The position numbers and the translations under genes are program-made. A stretch of DNA of 64,000 nt from a bacterium (lineage in GTDB: Bacteria; Bacillota_I; Bacilli_A; RFN20; CAG-288). Under the pieces are notes generated by a model. That model was not told where the DNA came from. It saw nothing but the letters and a program-made list of their open reading frames with translations, and ran no database searches. Position 1 is the stretch's first letter, and each line of letters starts with the position of its first letter. The stretch is from the NCBI GenBank assembly GCA_963643715.1, contig CAVILQ010000004.1, positions 10,955-74,954 on the forward strand, written 5' to 3'. Shown here piece by piece: positions 1 to 9,282 of this stretch.

Positions 1-99
1 TAGGATATTCATCTTTCCTTTTTTGATGGACAAGGATACATTGTTTAAAGATGGGATTCCTTTTTTATAATGATAACTTAAGTCTTTGATCTCAAGCAT
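1..99 (-). CDS. ABC transporter ATP-binding protein, N-terminal fragment (iron-chelate/FecE-type by context), cut by the window edge
   Basis: Too short for the ORF track. Minus-strand reading from the ATG at 99 gives MLEIKDLSYHYKKGIPSLNNVSLSIKKGKMNIL, the usual lead-in to a Walker A loop. The ATG overlaps the TGA (94..92) of the upstream permease (ATGCTTGA), which suggests translational coupling. Confidence 0.55.
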   Translation of the reverse strand, partial: MLEIKDLSYHYKKGIPSLNNVSLSIKKGKMNIL

Positions 100-1174
100 G
101 ATGTTTTCTCCTTTCGTAAGAGAAGATGATGAAGATGAAGAAGGGAGCGCCGATGATAGCAGTCAAAGCACCGACAGGAAGAGAGAATCCTTTCAGTATC
201 ACCCTTGAAATATCATCGGATATGAGAAGAAGGATGCTTCCCGTCAAAGCGGTTGTGGGAATGAGATATTTGTGATTGCTAGAGAAGACTTTTCTTGCAA
301 TATGAGGACAGATAAGGCCTAAGAACGAGATGACACCTAAGAATGAGATGCAGGTCGCAGTCACAAGAGACGCTAAGGAAAGAAGAAGAAAACGCAGGAA
401 TTCGGTGTTCACACCTGTCGTTTTTGCGATGTCATCGCCAAGACAGAGAGCATTCAGCTGACTAGAATAGATTGTGAAGACAGTGTATGCAATAGCAACG
501 GCAAATAAGATAATCAGAATTTCTTTGTATCCAACTCTTCCTAAGTCACCGAAGGACCAATAGACAGCGGAAGACAATTCCGTATCGGTGGCAAAATACT
601 GTAATAATGAGGTGATCGCGCTGAATAGTGTTGAAAAAGATAGTCCGCTTAAGACGAGTGTCTCAGGAGAGAAATTCTGTGTTTTAGCAATAGCGAGTAT
701 TAATAATATGGCACCGAGTGAGAAAAGAAAGGCAATCGAGGACACCGCATACGGATTATAGGAATTCCAATTGGAGTTGTTGTTAGTCACAACCTTGCCG
801 CCGCTAAGCAAGATGATAGCGACATTTGCTCCTAAAACGGATGCGTTTGAGATGCCTAATGTGGCAGGTGATGCCATCGGGTTATTAAGACACGTCTGCA
901 TGATAAGACCGGATATCGAAAGTCCGATTCCACAAAGGATAGCAGCAAGTACACGGGGAAGTCGGATGTTCTGCATGATCCTTACACTGATCTTGTCACC
1001 GACACCGAACAGTGCATAAAAGGATTCCGAGAAAGAAAGAGAGGAAGTTCCGACAAATAAAGAGAAGAAGGAAAGTAGAAGGAAAATGACAAGAAAGGAA
1101 ATCAGAATGATAATCATCTTTCTTTTTCTTCTTTGACATCGCTGTTGATATGGTATGGTTTCATTTATGGACAT
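92..1174 (-). CDS. FecCD-family ABC permease (iron-siderophore / cobalamin type)
   Basis: 360-aa polytopic ORF. RLPRVLAAILCGIGLSISGLIMQTCLNNPMASPATLGISNASVLGA is the FecCD/BtuC signature region. The start could instead be the internal Met at 1117. Confidence 0.85.
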   Translation of the reverse strand: MSINETIPYQQRCQRRKRKMIIILISFLVIFLLLSFFSLFVGTSSLSFSESFYALFGVGDKISVRIMQNIRLPRVLAAILCGIGLSISGLIMQTCLNNPMASPATLGISNASVLGANVAIILLSGGKVVTNNNSNWNSYNPYAVSSIAFLFSLGAILLILAIAKTQNFSPETLVLSGLSFSTLFSAITSLLQYFATDTELSSAVYWSFGDLGRVGYKEILIILFAVAIAYTVFTIYSSQLNALCLGDDIAKTTGVNTEFLRFLLLSLASLVTATCISFLGVISFLGLICPHIARKVFSSNHKYLIPTTALTGSILLLISDDISRVILKGFSLPVGALTAIIGAPFFIFIIFSYERRKHHA

Positions 1175-1354
1175 GAGAGTATTCTATAACACATGTTGAG
1201 AAAATAAAAGAAAAATCAATCAAGAAACAAAACAATTTGAATATTTTTGTTCGATAACTCAGTTTTAAAGATTTGAAAACCTTGAAAGAGAGGCTGTTGT
1301 TGTTTCCTTTTCTCATCGATTCTCTTATAATCTTTTCAAAGGAGATTCGATACT

Positions 1355-2032
1355 ATGGATCAAGTTAAAATCGTAGAGGTAAAAGACAATGTGCTCTCTG
1401 AGAATGAAACAGAGGCTAATAAAGTCCGCGCATTATTAAAGGAGAAAAAGGTCTTTCAGATCAATTTGATGTCTTCTCCTGGAAGTGGAAAGACCACACT
1501 GCTCTGCTCATTGATTCCATATCTAACGAAGAATGGATATCGTGTCCTTGTTCTTGAGGCGGATATCGATGGCGATGTCGATGCCTATACAATCTTAGAA
1601 AAGACCAATGCAAAATCGATTCAGATCCATACAAGTGGCGCTTGTCATCTTACAGCGCAGATGACCTATGATGCTTTAAAAAGCACAAATCTTGATGATG
1701 TCGATATTGTCATCATGGAGAATATCGGAAATCTTGTCTGTCCAGCCGAGTTTGATACCGGATCAGACTTGAACATGATGCTATTATCCGTTCCGGAAGG
1801 AGATGACAAGCCTTTGAAATATCCGCTTATGTTCAAAGTGTCTCAGTTTGTTCTAGTCACCAAGATGGATGTCCTTCCCGTCTTTGATTTTTCATTTGAA
1901 GACTTCAAAGAACGAGTTGAGAAACTTAACCCGGATGCTATGATATTCACTGTCAGCAGCATCAAAGATGAAGGCGTTGAGGATGTTGTCTCTTCGCTTC
2001 TTCCTAGAATTCAAGAAAAAGTCGGTAGATAA
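1355..2032 (+). CDS. hypB: HypB-like G3E-family metallochaperone GTPase
   Basis: Walker A NLMSSPGSGKTTLL, metal-site motif SGACHLTAQM, switch region ENIGNLVCPAEFDTG, EGDDKPLKYPLMF and TKMD (NKxD-like). An AGGAG lies upstream of the ATG. Confidence 0.8.
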   Translation: MDQVKIVEVKDNVLSENETEANKVRALLKEKKVFQINLMSSPGSGKTTLLCSLIPYLTKNGYRVLVLEADIDGDVDAYTILEKTNAKSIQIHTSGACHLTAQMTYDALKSTNLDDVDIVIMENIGNLVCPAEFDTGSDLNMMLLSVPEGDDKPLKYPLMFKVSQFVLVTKMDVLPVFDFSFEDFKERVEKLNPDAMIFTVSSIKDEGVEDVVSSLLPRIQEKVGR

Positions 2033-2033
2033 C

Positions 2034-2630
2034 CTATCTTCTTCGTTTCTTTTTCGTATTATTAAGAAGTGCATTCTTTAGCACTTCTTTTTCGTTTGGA
2101 ATGAAAGATGCTTTTCGTAATGCCTTGATGGTGGGGAAAAGTAGGAAAATCTCAAAGACTCCAGTGGCCACAGTGATCAAGGCCTGGATAAGATTTTGAA
2201 TGAAGACGGCTTTGAAATCGTATTTCATGATGATGGAGTCAAGATATAATGCGCCTGTGTTTGCTAAAGTGGTAAGCAGAGATGTGATGATGACAAGAGA
2301 GATAGAAAGAATCTTTCTTTCATCTAATAGGATTCCTTTTTTCTCTAGCATCGCTTTGATCGGTGAAATGATAAGAGGACGGATCAAAGGAGGAAGCATC
2401 CACAGCCATGTAGTAGGAGTCAGTCCATAGATGAGCTGATCGACAAAAACACCTAAGACACAGCAGGCTATGCAATCGGAGAATGGAAAAGCAAAGCACA
2501 CAAAATAGATGACAAAGGCAGCCAATGTGATCTTGAATCGGCCTGCCTGTATGTCGACTAGACAAAGGATGACATATAAAGCCGCGAAGATGGCAATCAG
2601 TGCCATTCGCCTTACTGGTTTGTTTTTCAT
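2034..2630 (-). CDS. Small polytopic membrane protein, ECF-transporter S-component-like
   Basis: 198 aa with ~5-6 hydrophobic segments. The N-terminus RRMALIAIFAALYVILCL resembles ECF S components. Its ATG overlaps the stop of the upstream rluA-like gene (2627..2630). Function is not firmly assigned. Confidence 0.5.
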   Translation of the reverse strand: MKNKPVRRMALIAIFAALYVILCLVDIQAGRFKITLAAFVIYFVCFAFPFSDCIACCVLGVFVDQLIYGLTPTTWLWMLPPLIRPLIISPIKAMLEKKGILLDERKILSISLVIITSLLTTLANTGALYLDSIIMKYDFKAVFIQNLIQALITVATGVFEIFLLFPTIKALRKASFIPNEKEVLKNALLNNTKKKRRR

Positions 2631-3277
2631 AAATGTTCAGAATTGATCAGCCATAATGGCTTAGTTTGAAAAGTTGTGACTTTGAGAAAGTCAATAGGAG
2701 GGAAAATAAGTGCATAGCTATTCAGATATAGTCTTTTTGCGACATTATTTGAATATCGTTTGTCTCCAATCAGAGTCAAAGACAAAGAGTGAATGGCATA
2801 GCGAATCTGATTCTTCCTCCCGGTATGGATTTGAATCTTCAAGGCGGTTCCTATCTGAATCGGATTTCCGTAAGAGATTTCGGTAACGGCTTTTTTTCCG
2901 TCTTTGTCTTCTATGACCTTATAGGATGCATTCTCCTTGAGGTATTGAGTCACAATCGTATGAAAGTCACTCTTCATTTCTTCTTCTACGACTGCCTCAT
3001 ACAATCGTATGACGGTTCTATTCTCAAAACAGGACTTCAAGTATCTCTCTGTATCCTTGTTCTTAGCAAAGACCATGACACCGCTTGTCTCATAATCAAG
3101 ACGATGAACGAGGTATATTTCCTCTCCTTTCCTTTTTGTGTAAATCTTCAGATAGGAAAAGAGATTCTGATATCTTGTCTTGATGTCTTCTGTGGCAACA
3201 GAAAAGACATCTCTTTCCTTATATACGGAAAGGACGTTTTCGTCTTCATATAGAATGGTATAAGGTCTTTTTTTCAT
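2627..3277 (-). CDS. RluA-family pseudouridine synthase (no S4 domain)
   Basis: Catalytic motif HRLDYETSGVMVFAKN and HTGRKNQIR (the GRxHQIR-type motif). 216 aa. Confidence 0.85.
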   Translation of the reverse strand: MKKRPYTILYEDENVLSVYKERDVFSVATEDIKTRYQNLFSYLKIYTKRKGEEIYLVHRLDYETSGVMVFAKNKDTERYLKSCFENRTVIRLYEAVVEEEMKSDFHTIVTQYLKENASYKVIEDKDGKKAVTEISYGNPIQIGTALKIQIHTGRKNQIRYAIHSLSLTLIGDKRYSNNVAKRLYLNSYALIFPPIDFLKVTTFQTKPLWLINSEHL

Positions 3278-3316
3278 GCCTTAGTATTATAAGGAAATGA
3301 AAGGAAAAGAAAAGAC

Positions 3317-5008
3317 TTAATGAATTTCTGGGAAGAAGAGAGTGAAAGTGGAGCCATTATCCAACTGCGATTCTACTTTGATCTGAATGTTATAGTTGCT
3401 ACAGATATGCTTGACGATGCTAAGGCCAAGACCCGTTCCGCCAAGTTTTCTGCTCCTTGCCTTATCGACTCGGAAGAAACGTTCAAAGATTCGATCCAAA
3501 TCCTCCTTTGGAATGCCGATGCCACTATCCGATATGGAGAGACTCTTTTGCGTTTTATCGAATGTCAAAGACACTTTTCCGTTATCCTTGTTGTAACGGA
3601 TTGCATTCTCAAGAATGTTCTTGAGAAGAGAGGATAAGTCCTCTTTGTTCATCCTGACGGAAAAACTTTCACCGAATATGGAAACGACAATGCCTTTTCT
3701 GTTGATTTCCGTGTCGAACTGAAGAAGCTCCTCATGAATGACTTCATTGATTGAAGTGTATTCGCTGTTCTTTTGTACTGTTTCACTTTCTAGTCTAGAT
3801 AATTCCAGCATGGCGATGATGATTTCATTCATTCTCTTGCCCTCGGACTGGATCTTATTGAGGGCGTCATCGACGTCCGCTTTATCGGTTAAGAATCCTT
3901 CTTTGATCATCTGCGTATAGCCGAGTATGGAAGTCAAGGGAGACTTCAGCTCATGGCTTGCATTGGCGAAGAAGTCTTTCTTTGCACTTTCCAGACGTTG
4001 CTCTTCCGATATATCAACTAAGAGAATTGAGGAACCCTTCTCATTGTCCTTGACCCAGACATCCGTAATCGGATGAGCGGAGACTAATAGCGTCGTTTCC
4101 TCTATCTTTAAAATGATGCTGCTTTCTTTCTCTAATGAGGAAACATAGACATCATGTATCTCAGGAAGGATGGTTAGTGCTGTTAGTGTTTTTGCCTCTT
4201 TTGAATGGAATAGGTTTTTCGCGAAGGAATTGATGAGCAGGATATTCTCATGGTCATCGAGTATGATGACACCTTGATTCATGGAATCGATGATGTAGTT
4301 AAGTTTTTCCTTCTCATCTGTTAAATCATCCATTTTCTCCTTGATGAGCATCTCTGTCTTGTTGATGCTTTCGGAGATGCTTTCAATCTCATTCTCATCG
4401 TTGATGTTGTTGTAAGAGACAATCTTAGCGAGTTTCTGTGTCTCTCTTTTTAGGGGCTTCATTTCCTTATCGATGAAGAAGTAATCCAAGAATAGAGCAA
4501 TCAAGAATATGAATACAATGAAAACACTTGAATACAAAATAAATTTATTTAAGATGGAATTAACCGACTCTATTGGCAAAGCAATTCGAATATATAAAGC
4601 AAAACTGTCAACATATGCGGCTAAATATGTCATATCGAGATCGAGTGATGCTGAATGACGGTAATAGATTTTTCCTACATTCTGGATCTCTGGCCTGGAA
4701 AGATGATTCTCATCCATGGATTCCTTGTCGTTATCGAATAAGACATAACCATCCTTGCTGATGAAGGTGATACGGACGTTCGTCTGATCGTTTGCGACAA
4801 TGTCGCTTGTCTTTTTCATGGATTCATTGATTGACAATTCCTGTGTTTGGTCTAAAAAGACTTGCTCACTGATGGCTAGGTTATTTCTAAGATTGGTTTC
4901 CGTATTGCTTCGGTTGATTTGGTCAATCGAAAAGAAGATAAGCAAAAACATCAAAACGAAGGAGAGCAGAAGAGTGATGAAGTGAGCTAAGATTATCTTC
5001 TTTTTCAT
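3317..5008 (-). CDS. phoR: Sensor histidine kinase, PhoR-like
   Basis: N-terminal TM, second TM/HAMP region and a PAS-like segment. H-box FFANASHELKSPLTSILGY, N-box/G-box DSGIGIP and GGTGLGLSIVKHI. Overlaps phoP by 4 nt and is the last gene of the pst-pho operon. Confidence 0.8.
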   Translation of the reverse strand: MKKKIILAHFITLLLSFVLMFLLIFFSIDQINRSNTETNLRNNLAISEQVFLDQTQELSINESMKKTSDIVANDQTNVRITFISKDGYVLFDNDKESMDENHLSRPEIQNVGKIYYRHSASLDLDMTYLAAYVDSFALYIRIALPIESVNSILNKFILYSSVFIVFIFLIALFLDYFFIDKEMKPLKRETQKLAKIVSYNNINDENEIESISESINKTEMLIKEKMDDLTDEKEKLNYIIDSMNQGVIILDDHENILLINSFAKNLFHSKEAKTLTALTILPEIHDVYVSSLEKESSIILKIEETTLLVSAHPITDVWVKDNEKGSSILLVDISEEQRLESAKKDFFANASHELKSPLTSILGYTQMIKEGFLTDKADVDDALNKIQSEGKRMNEIIIAMLELSRLESETVQKNSEYTSINEVIHEELLQFDTEINRKGIVVSIFGESFSVRMNKEDLSSLLKNILENAIRYNKDNGKVSLTFDKTQKSLSISDSGIGIPKEDLDRIFERFFRVDKARSRKLGGTGLGLSIVKHICSNYNIQIKVESQLDNGSTFTLFFPEIH

Positions 5009-5664
5009 CCGATGATGTATCCGACTCCGTATACGGTATGAATGATATGGCTCTCTTTGTCGTTGAGCTTCTTTCTTAATGATGCGATATGCATGTCGAT
5101 GGCACGAGACTCTACCATGTCGTTTTCATCATAAAGCTTATGGTAGATTTCATCTCTCGTGATCGCTTTTCCAAGATTCTGTAAAAGCAGTTTCAACACA
5201 GAGAATTCGGTGTTGGTCAGATCGATTGGCAGACTATGATACGTACAAGTATGACGGTTGAGGTCAAGAGTGATATCCTGATAGGAAAGAATCTCATGGT
5301 CAAGACGGAATCTAGCATTGACACGGGAAATGAGTTCAAGGATATCGAATGGCTTTTCGATGTAGTCATCGGCACCGGAGTCTAGTCCTTCCACCTTGTC
5401 CATCGTCATTCTCTTTGCAGAGAGTATGATGACTTGAATGTTGTTGTTTTCATTATCGCTTCTTAAGGCTTTTAGTACATCCATTCCATTACCATCGGGA
5501 AGCATCAGATCAAGGAGAATAAGATCCGGTTTCTGCTTTTTGAATGCATCCCAAAAAGCCTTCGTAGAAGGTAATGTGTAGACAAGATATCCGGATTTTG
5601 TAAGCGAAACATTGATGATTTTTGCAATGTCCTGATCGTCTTCCACTGAATAAATGGTTTTCAT
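5005..5664 (-). CDS. phoP: OmpR/PhoB-family response regulator
   Basis: Receiver domain (DLILLDLMLPDGNG, ILSAK) plus a winged-helix C-terminus (LTNTEFSVLKLLLQN...VYGVGYI). GGAGG lies upstream. Confidence 0.85.
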   Translation of the reverse strand: MKTIYSVEDDQDIAKIINVSLTKSGYLVYTLPSTKAFWDAFKKQKPDLILLDLMLPDGNGMDVLKALRSDNENNNIQVIILSAKRMTMDKVEGLDSGADDYIEKPFDILELISRVNARFRLDHEILSYQDITLDLNRHTCTYHSLPIDLTNTEFSVLKLLLQNLGKAITRDEIYHKLYDENDMVESRAIDMHIASLRKKLNDKESHIIHTVYGVGYIIG

Positions 5665-5672
5665 GATTCCTC

Positions 5673-6314
5673 CTAAATGACCTGCTTATCTTTATAGAAA
5701 CCCGTCATAATATAGATGACCCATTCGGCTATATTGGTAGCGTGATCGGCGATACGTTCGATATATTTTACTACTAATGCAGTATAGATAGCATATTCAG
5801 AAGTGATTTCTTTTCCTTGGTCATGATGAATCAATTCATCGATCAGTTTTAAATAGGTCTCATCGACATGGTCGTCTCTTAGAATGACTTCTCTTGCTAA
5901 AGATTCATTTTTGTCGATATAGCTTCTGACACTGTCTTTGACCATCTGAATCACAAATTCGACTAAGTCACGGATCTCAGTCTGATTCTTGTTGGCATTT
6001 TTGACCTTGAGAGAGAATTCCAAAATGTCTTTTGCGTGGTCTCCTAATCTTTCCATGTCCTGTACCATGCTCATGATTCCAGTGACGACACGCAAATCAG
6101 AAGCATAAAGTTTCTCTTTGAGCATGATGTGCAGACTATCCGCCTCAATCCATCTCTCATAGGCGTTGACCTTGTCATCATCAACGGCATGATAATATTT
6201 GTTGTTGTCATAATTGAGGTAGACATCAAAAGCGTAGAACAGATTCTTCTCGACTACTCCTGCCATCTGAAGGATGAGTGAATTGAGATGCTCGATTTCT
6301 TCTTTGATTTCCAT
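5673..6314 (-). CDS. phoU: Phosphate signalling regulator PhoU
   Basis: Two PhoU repeats (MERLGDHAKDI and IERIADHATNIAEW). The ORF-track start at 6449 runs into pstB. The Met at 6314 (MEIKEEIEHL) lies 19 nt after the pstB stop and gives a normal 213-aa PhoU. Confidence 0.85.
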   Translation of the reverse strand: MEIKEEIEHLNSLILQMAGVVEKNLFYAFDVYLNYDNNKYYHAVDDDKVNAYERWIEADSLHIMLKEKLYASDLRVVTGIMSMVQDMERLGDHAKDILEFSLKVKNANKNQTEIRDLVEFVIQMVKDSVRSYIDKNESLAREVILRDDHVDETYLKLIDELIHHDQGKEITSEYAIYTALVVKYIERIADHATNIAEWVIYIMTGFYKDKQVI

Positions 6315-6333
6315 AGTGTTTTTCCTTTCTTGT

Positions 6334-7101
6334 TTATCCGAAACGTCCTGTGATGTAGTCTTCTGTCTTCTTGACCTTTGGACGCGAGAAGAGTTCTTCT
6401 GTCTTGTTGAATTCGACAAGATCGCCAAGCATGAAGAAGGCAGTGTCATCCGAGATTCTGCTAGCTTGCTGCATATTATGCGTTACGATGACGATAGAGT
6501 ATTCGCTCTTGAGTTCCTCAATCAGGTCTTCGATCTTCTTTGTCGCAATAGGATCGAGTGCGGAGGTCGGTTCATCCATCAATATGACATCCGGTTCCAT
6601 GGCGATGGCACGAGCAATGCAAAGTCTTTGCTGCTGTCCGCCTGAGAGAGCAAGAGCGGAGTCTTTCAGTCTATCCTTCACTTCTTCGTATAAAGATGCC
6701 TTCTTCAATGAGGAGATGACAATCTCTTTCAGCAGTTTCTTGTCCTTGACACCATGGCATTTCAGTCCATAGGTGATGTTATCATAGATCGACATCGGGA
6801 ACGGATTAGGCTGTTGGAAGACCATTCCGACAATGGTCCTGAGCATCATCGGATTGTATTCCTGGATGTCTTTTCCTAAATATTCGATCTTACCTGTTAT
6901 CTTGCAGTCACCGATCAGGTCGTTCATTCTGTTAAGACAGCGTAGGAATGTAGACTTGCCACATCCGGAAGGACCGATGAAGGCTGTTACATGATTCTTC
7001 TTGATATCCATGTTGATATCGTGAAGCACATGTTTCTCACCATAGCTAAGATTTAGATTCTCAACATGGAATATGACATTGGATTCTTTATTCTGTTCCA
7101 T
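6334..7101 (-). CDS. pstB: Phosphate ABC transporter ATP-binding protein PstB
   Basis: [37 protein letters not shown] and [12 protein letters not shown]. This is the typical PstB length and motif set. Confidence 0.95.
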   Translation of the reverse strand: MEQNKESNVIFHVENLNLSYGEKHVLHDINMDIKKNHVTAFIGPSGCGKSTFLRCLNRMNDLIGDCKITGKIEYLGKDIQEYNPMMLRTIVGMVFQQPNPFPMSIYDNITYGLKCHGVKDKKLLKEIVISSLKKASLYEEVKDRLKDSALALSGGQQQRLCIARAIAMEPDVILMDEPTSALDPIATKKIEDLIEELKSEYSIVIVTHNMQQASRISDDTAFFMLGDLVEFNKTEELFSRPKVKKTEDYITGRFG

Positions 7102-7104
7102 AGG

Positions 7105-8328
7105 TTACCTCTTGAATTTCTTTAGAAAACGATACGACAGAAGCTTGACGATGAGATTGAGTATCAAATCAACAATCAGAATGATGATAGAGATTGCACT
7201 AGCTGCACCGAAGTTCGGATTTTCAAAGGCGACAAGCTTATAGATGTGAAGTGCTAATGTGGCACTCGCCTCACTTAAGATGATGTGATCCTTGATCGTC
7301 GTTCCCATCGAGTAGATAAGGGCTGCTGATTCACCGATGATACGACCGATTGAAAGAAGAATGGCTGTCAAGATTCCAGGGAGCGCATTCGGAAGGACGA
7401 CCTTGAAGATTGTCTGAGTGTTGCTAGCTCCTAATGCTAGTGAACCTTCCTTATATGATTTTGGAACAGTCTTGATTGCTTCTTCCGTTGTGTTGATGAT
7501 GACAGGCAGCAACATCAAAGCGAGTGTAAGACTTCCGGATAACAGTGAGCCGTTGCCTTTCTGTGTGAACAAGGCGACAAATGGAATGAAGATGATCGCT
7601 CCGACTAAACCAAAGATGATTGTCGGGATTCCCGAAGCCAAATCGATTAATGTTCTGAATACATTTGTCACTTTATTCTGCTTGGCGATGAGGGAGAGAT
7701 AGACGGCAGTCAGTATTCCAATCGGCAAAGCGAATAGAAGAGTGAGAAGAATCATATATATTGTCGAAAGCAAAGAACCTCTGATACCTCCGCCTGATGT
7801 CTGAACTATCATGCTGGATATCTTGTTCGCTTTTTCTAAATCATCCACTAAGGTCTTTGCTCCGTATCTTGATTCACCGAAGAAGATGCTTCCACTATCA
7901 TCGATTAGAAGCAAAGTAGATATAGAAGAGTTTGTCTCGATTCGATAATTATCTTGATTGGATTCGTTTAAGAGATTGTTGAACGGAGAGTTCTTATCGA
8001 CATAGGTGACTTGAATAATCGAATTCTTCTCGTTGTCGTATCCATCCTCAAGTCCAATACCCCAACGGGAAGAAAAATAGACATTCTCGATATTTGGATT
8101 TTGAAATGTTCCAGTTGAAGTGGAATCTCCGTAACTTACAGTCGTATTCGTGGTGTAGTAATCAGAAGTCAAAAATTTCCATGAAAGATATTCGTGTCCT
8201 TTATCAAAGACGAAGAAGATAATGAGAGCAAGAATCAAAACACCGAAAAGAGAGAAGAGATAGGCGATAGAATCACGGGAGATATCTTTTGCTTTCCTTT
8301 GCTTCAATGAACGTTCTGTGACTTTCAT
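7105..8328 (-). CDS. pstA: Phosphate ABC permease PstA with a ~120-aa extracytoplasmic insertion
   Basis: C-terminal core shows PstA-type TM segments and the EAA-like loop (TTEEAIKTVPKSYKEGSLALGAS). 407 aa, against ~290 aa as I recall for the usual protein. The start shares one nucleotide with the pstC stop (TAATG). Confidence 0.85.
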   Translation of the reverse strand: MKVTERSLKQRKAKDISRDSIAYLFSLFGVLILALIIFFVFDKGHEYLSWKFLTSDYYTTNTTVSYGDSTSTGTFQNPNIENVYFSSRWGIGLEDGYDNEKNSIIQVTYVDKNSPFNNLLNESNQDNYRIETNSSISTLLLIDDSGSIFFGESRYGAKTLVDDLEKANKISSMIVQTSGGGIRGSLLSTIYMILLTLLFALPIGILTAVYLSLIAKQNKVTNVFRTLIDLASGIPTIIFGLVGAIIFIPFVALFTQKGNGSLLSGSLTLALMLLPVIINTTEEAIKTVPKSYKEGSLALGASNTQTIFKVVLPNALPGILTAILLSIGRIIGESAALIYSMGTTIKDHIILSEASATLALHIYKLVAFENPNFGAASAISIIILIVDLILNLIVKLLSYRFLKKFKR

Positions 8329-9281
8329 TATAGTCCCCTCTTTTCTAATCTCTTTTTGAAAAGACGCAATAAGAGATTGAAGAAGATGATGATGAAAATT
8401 AGCATGATGCCGACAGAGAAACGAATATCGTAATTCAAGCCGCTTGCCTCGCTGATTCCGGATAACATAGTTGATGTCAATGTTCTCGTTGTTGAGAAAA
8501 TATTGAAACTTGGACCGCTCAGCCTGTTTCCGGCAACCATTGATACAGCAGTCGCTTCGCCTAATGCACGGCTAAGTCCTAATATCAGTCCAGAGAATAT
8601 ACCGGATTTCGCAGCGGGAATGATGACTTTGAAATTTGTTTCACTTCTTGATGCGCCAAGTGCTAAAGACCCCTTTTCTAAATTCGGATTGACTGCCTTT
8701 AAGGATGTGATAGATAACATCGTGACAGTTGGCACAGACATCATCGTGAGTACAAGAACGACTGTGAATGTGGAAAGACCTCCGGCGGACTGATAGTTGA
8801 AAAGATCAGAGATGCTCTTAGCCCAGTTGGTTACTACTCCTAAACCGAACATACCATAGATGACAGAAGGGATGGAGGCTAGAATTTCAATGATTGTGTT
8901 TAAAGTAGCGCTGAGTGGCTTTGGTGTCATTCTGACGATGACTAAGGCTGTGAAAATCGAGATAGGAGCCGTCAAAAGCATGGTCAAAACAGCGATGTAG
9001 ATTGTGTTGACGATGATGAAACCAATGGAATAACCACTATTTCCTGTTAGCCATGTGTTTCCAAAAAGAAACGAAAAGAAGTTGACTCGATATTTCTCAC
9101 CCTGTATCTCATATTCAGAAACAAATGGCTTGATGCCTTTGATGAAGATGAAGGCGATGACAAACAAAATCGAAACGGAAGCTAAGAAAGCGATGAAAAA
9201 CAGCAAATAGCGGACAACCCTGTCCGCTTTTGCATTGATTTCAGCTTTCTTAAAACACTTGTCTCGGTCGAGATATCTCAT
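8328..9281 (-). CDS. pstC: Phosphate ABC permease PstC
   Basis: Polytopic, with loop LKAVNPNLEKGSLALGASRSETNFKVIIP. The ORF-track start at 9314 overlaps pstS. The Met at 9281 (MRYLDRD) begins 1 nt after the pstS stop, so the start is uncertain between 9281 and 9314. Confidence 0.85.
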   Translation of the reverse strand: MRYLDRDKCFKKAEINAKADRVVRYLLFFIAFLASVSILFVIAFIFIKGIKPFVSEYEIQGEKYRVNFFSFLFGNTWLTGNSGYSIGFIIVNTIYIAVLTMLLTAPISIFTALVIVRMTPKPLSATLNTIIEILASIPSVIYGMFGLGVVTNWAKSISDLFNYQSAGGLSTFTVVLVLTMMSVPTVTMLSITSLKAVNPNLEKGSLALGASRSETNFKVIIPAAKSGIFSGLILGLSRALGEATAVSMVAGNRLSGPSFNIFSTTRTLTSTMLSGISEASGLNYDIRFSVGIMLIFIIIFFNLLLRLFKKRLEKRGL

Positions 9282-9282
9282 A

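Noticed and set aside
6315-6449. N-terminal 45-codon extension of the phoU ORF in the ORF track, overlapping the 3' end of pstB by 116 nt.
   Set aside because: The extension ([24 protein letters not shown]...) has no PhoU similarity. The internal Met at 6314 gives a standard-length PhoU that starts just after the pstB stop.
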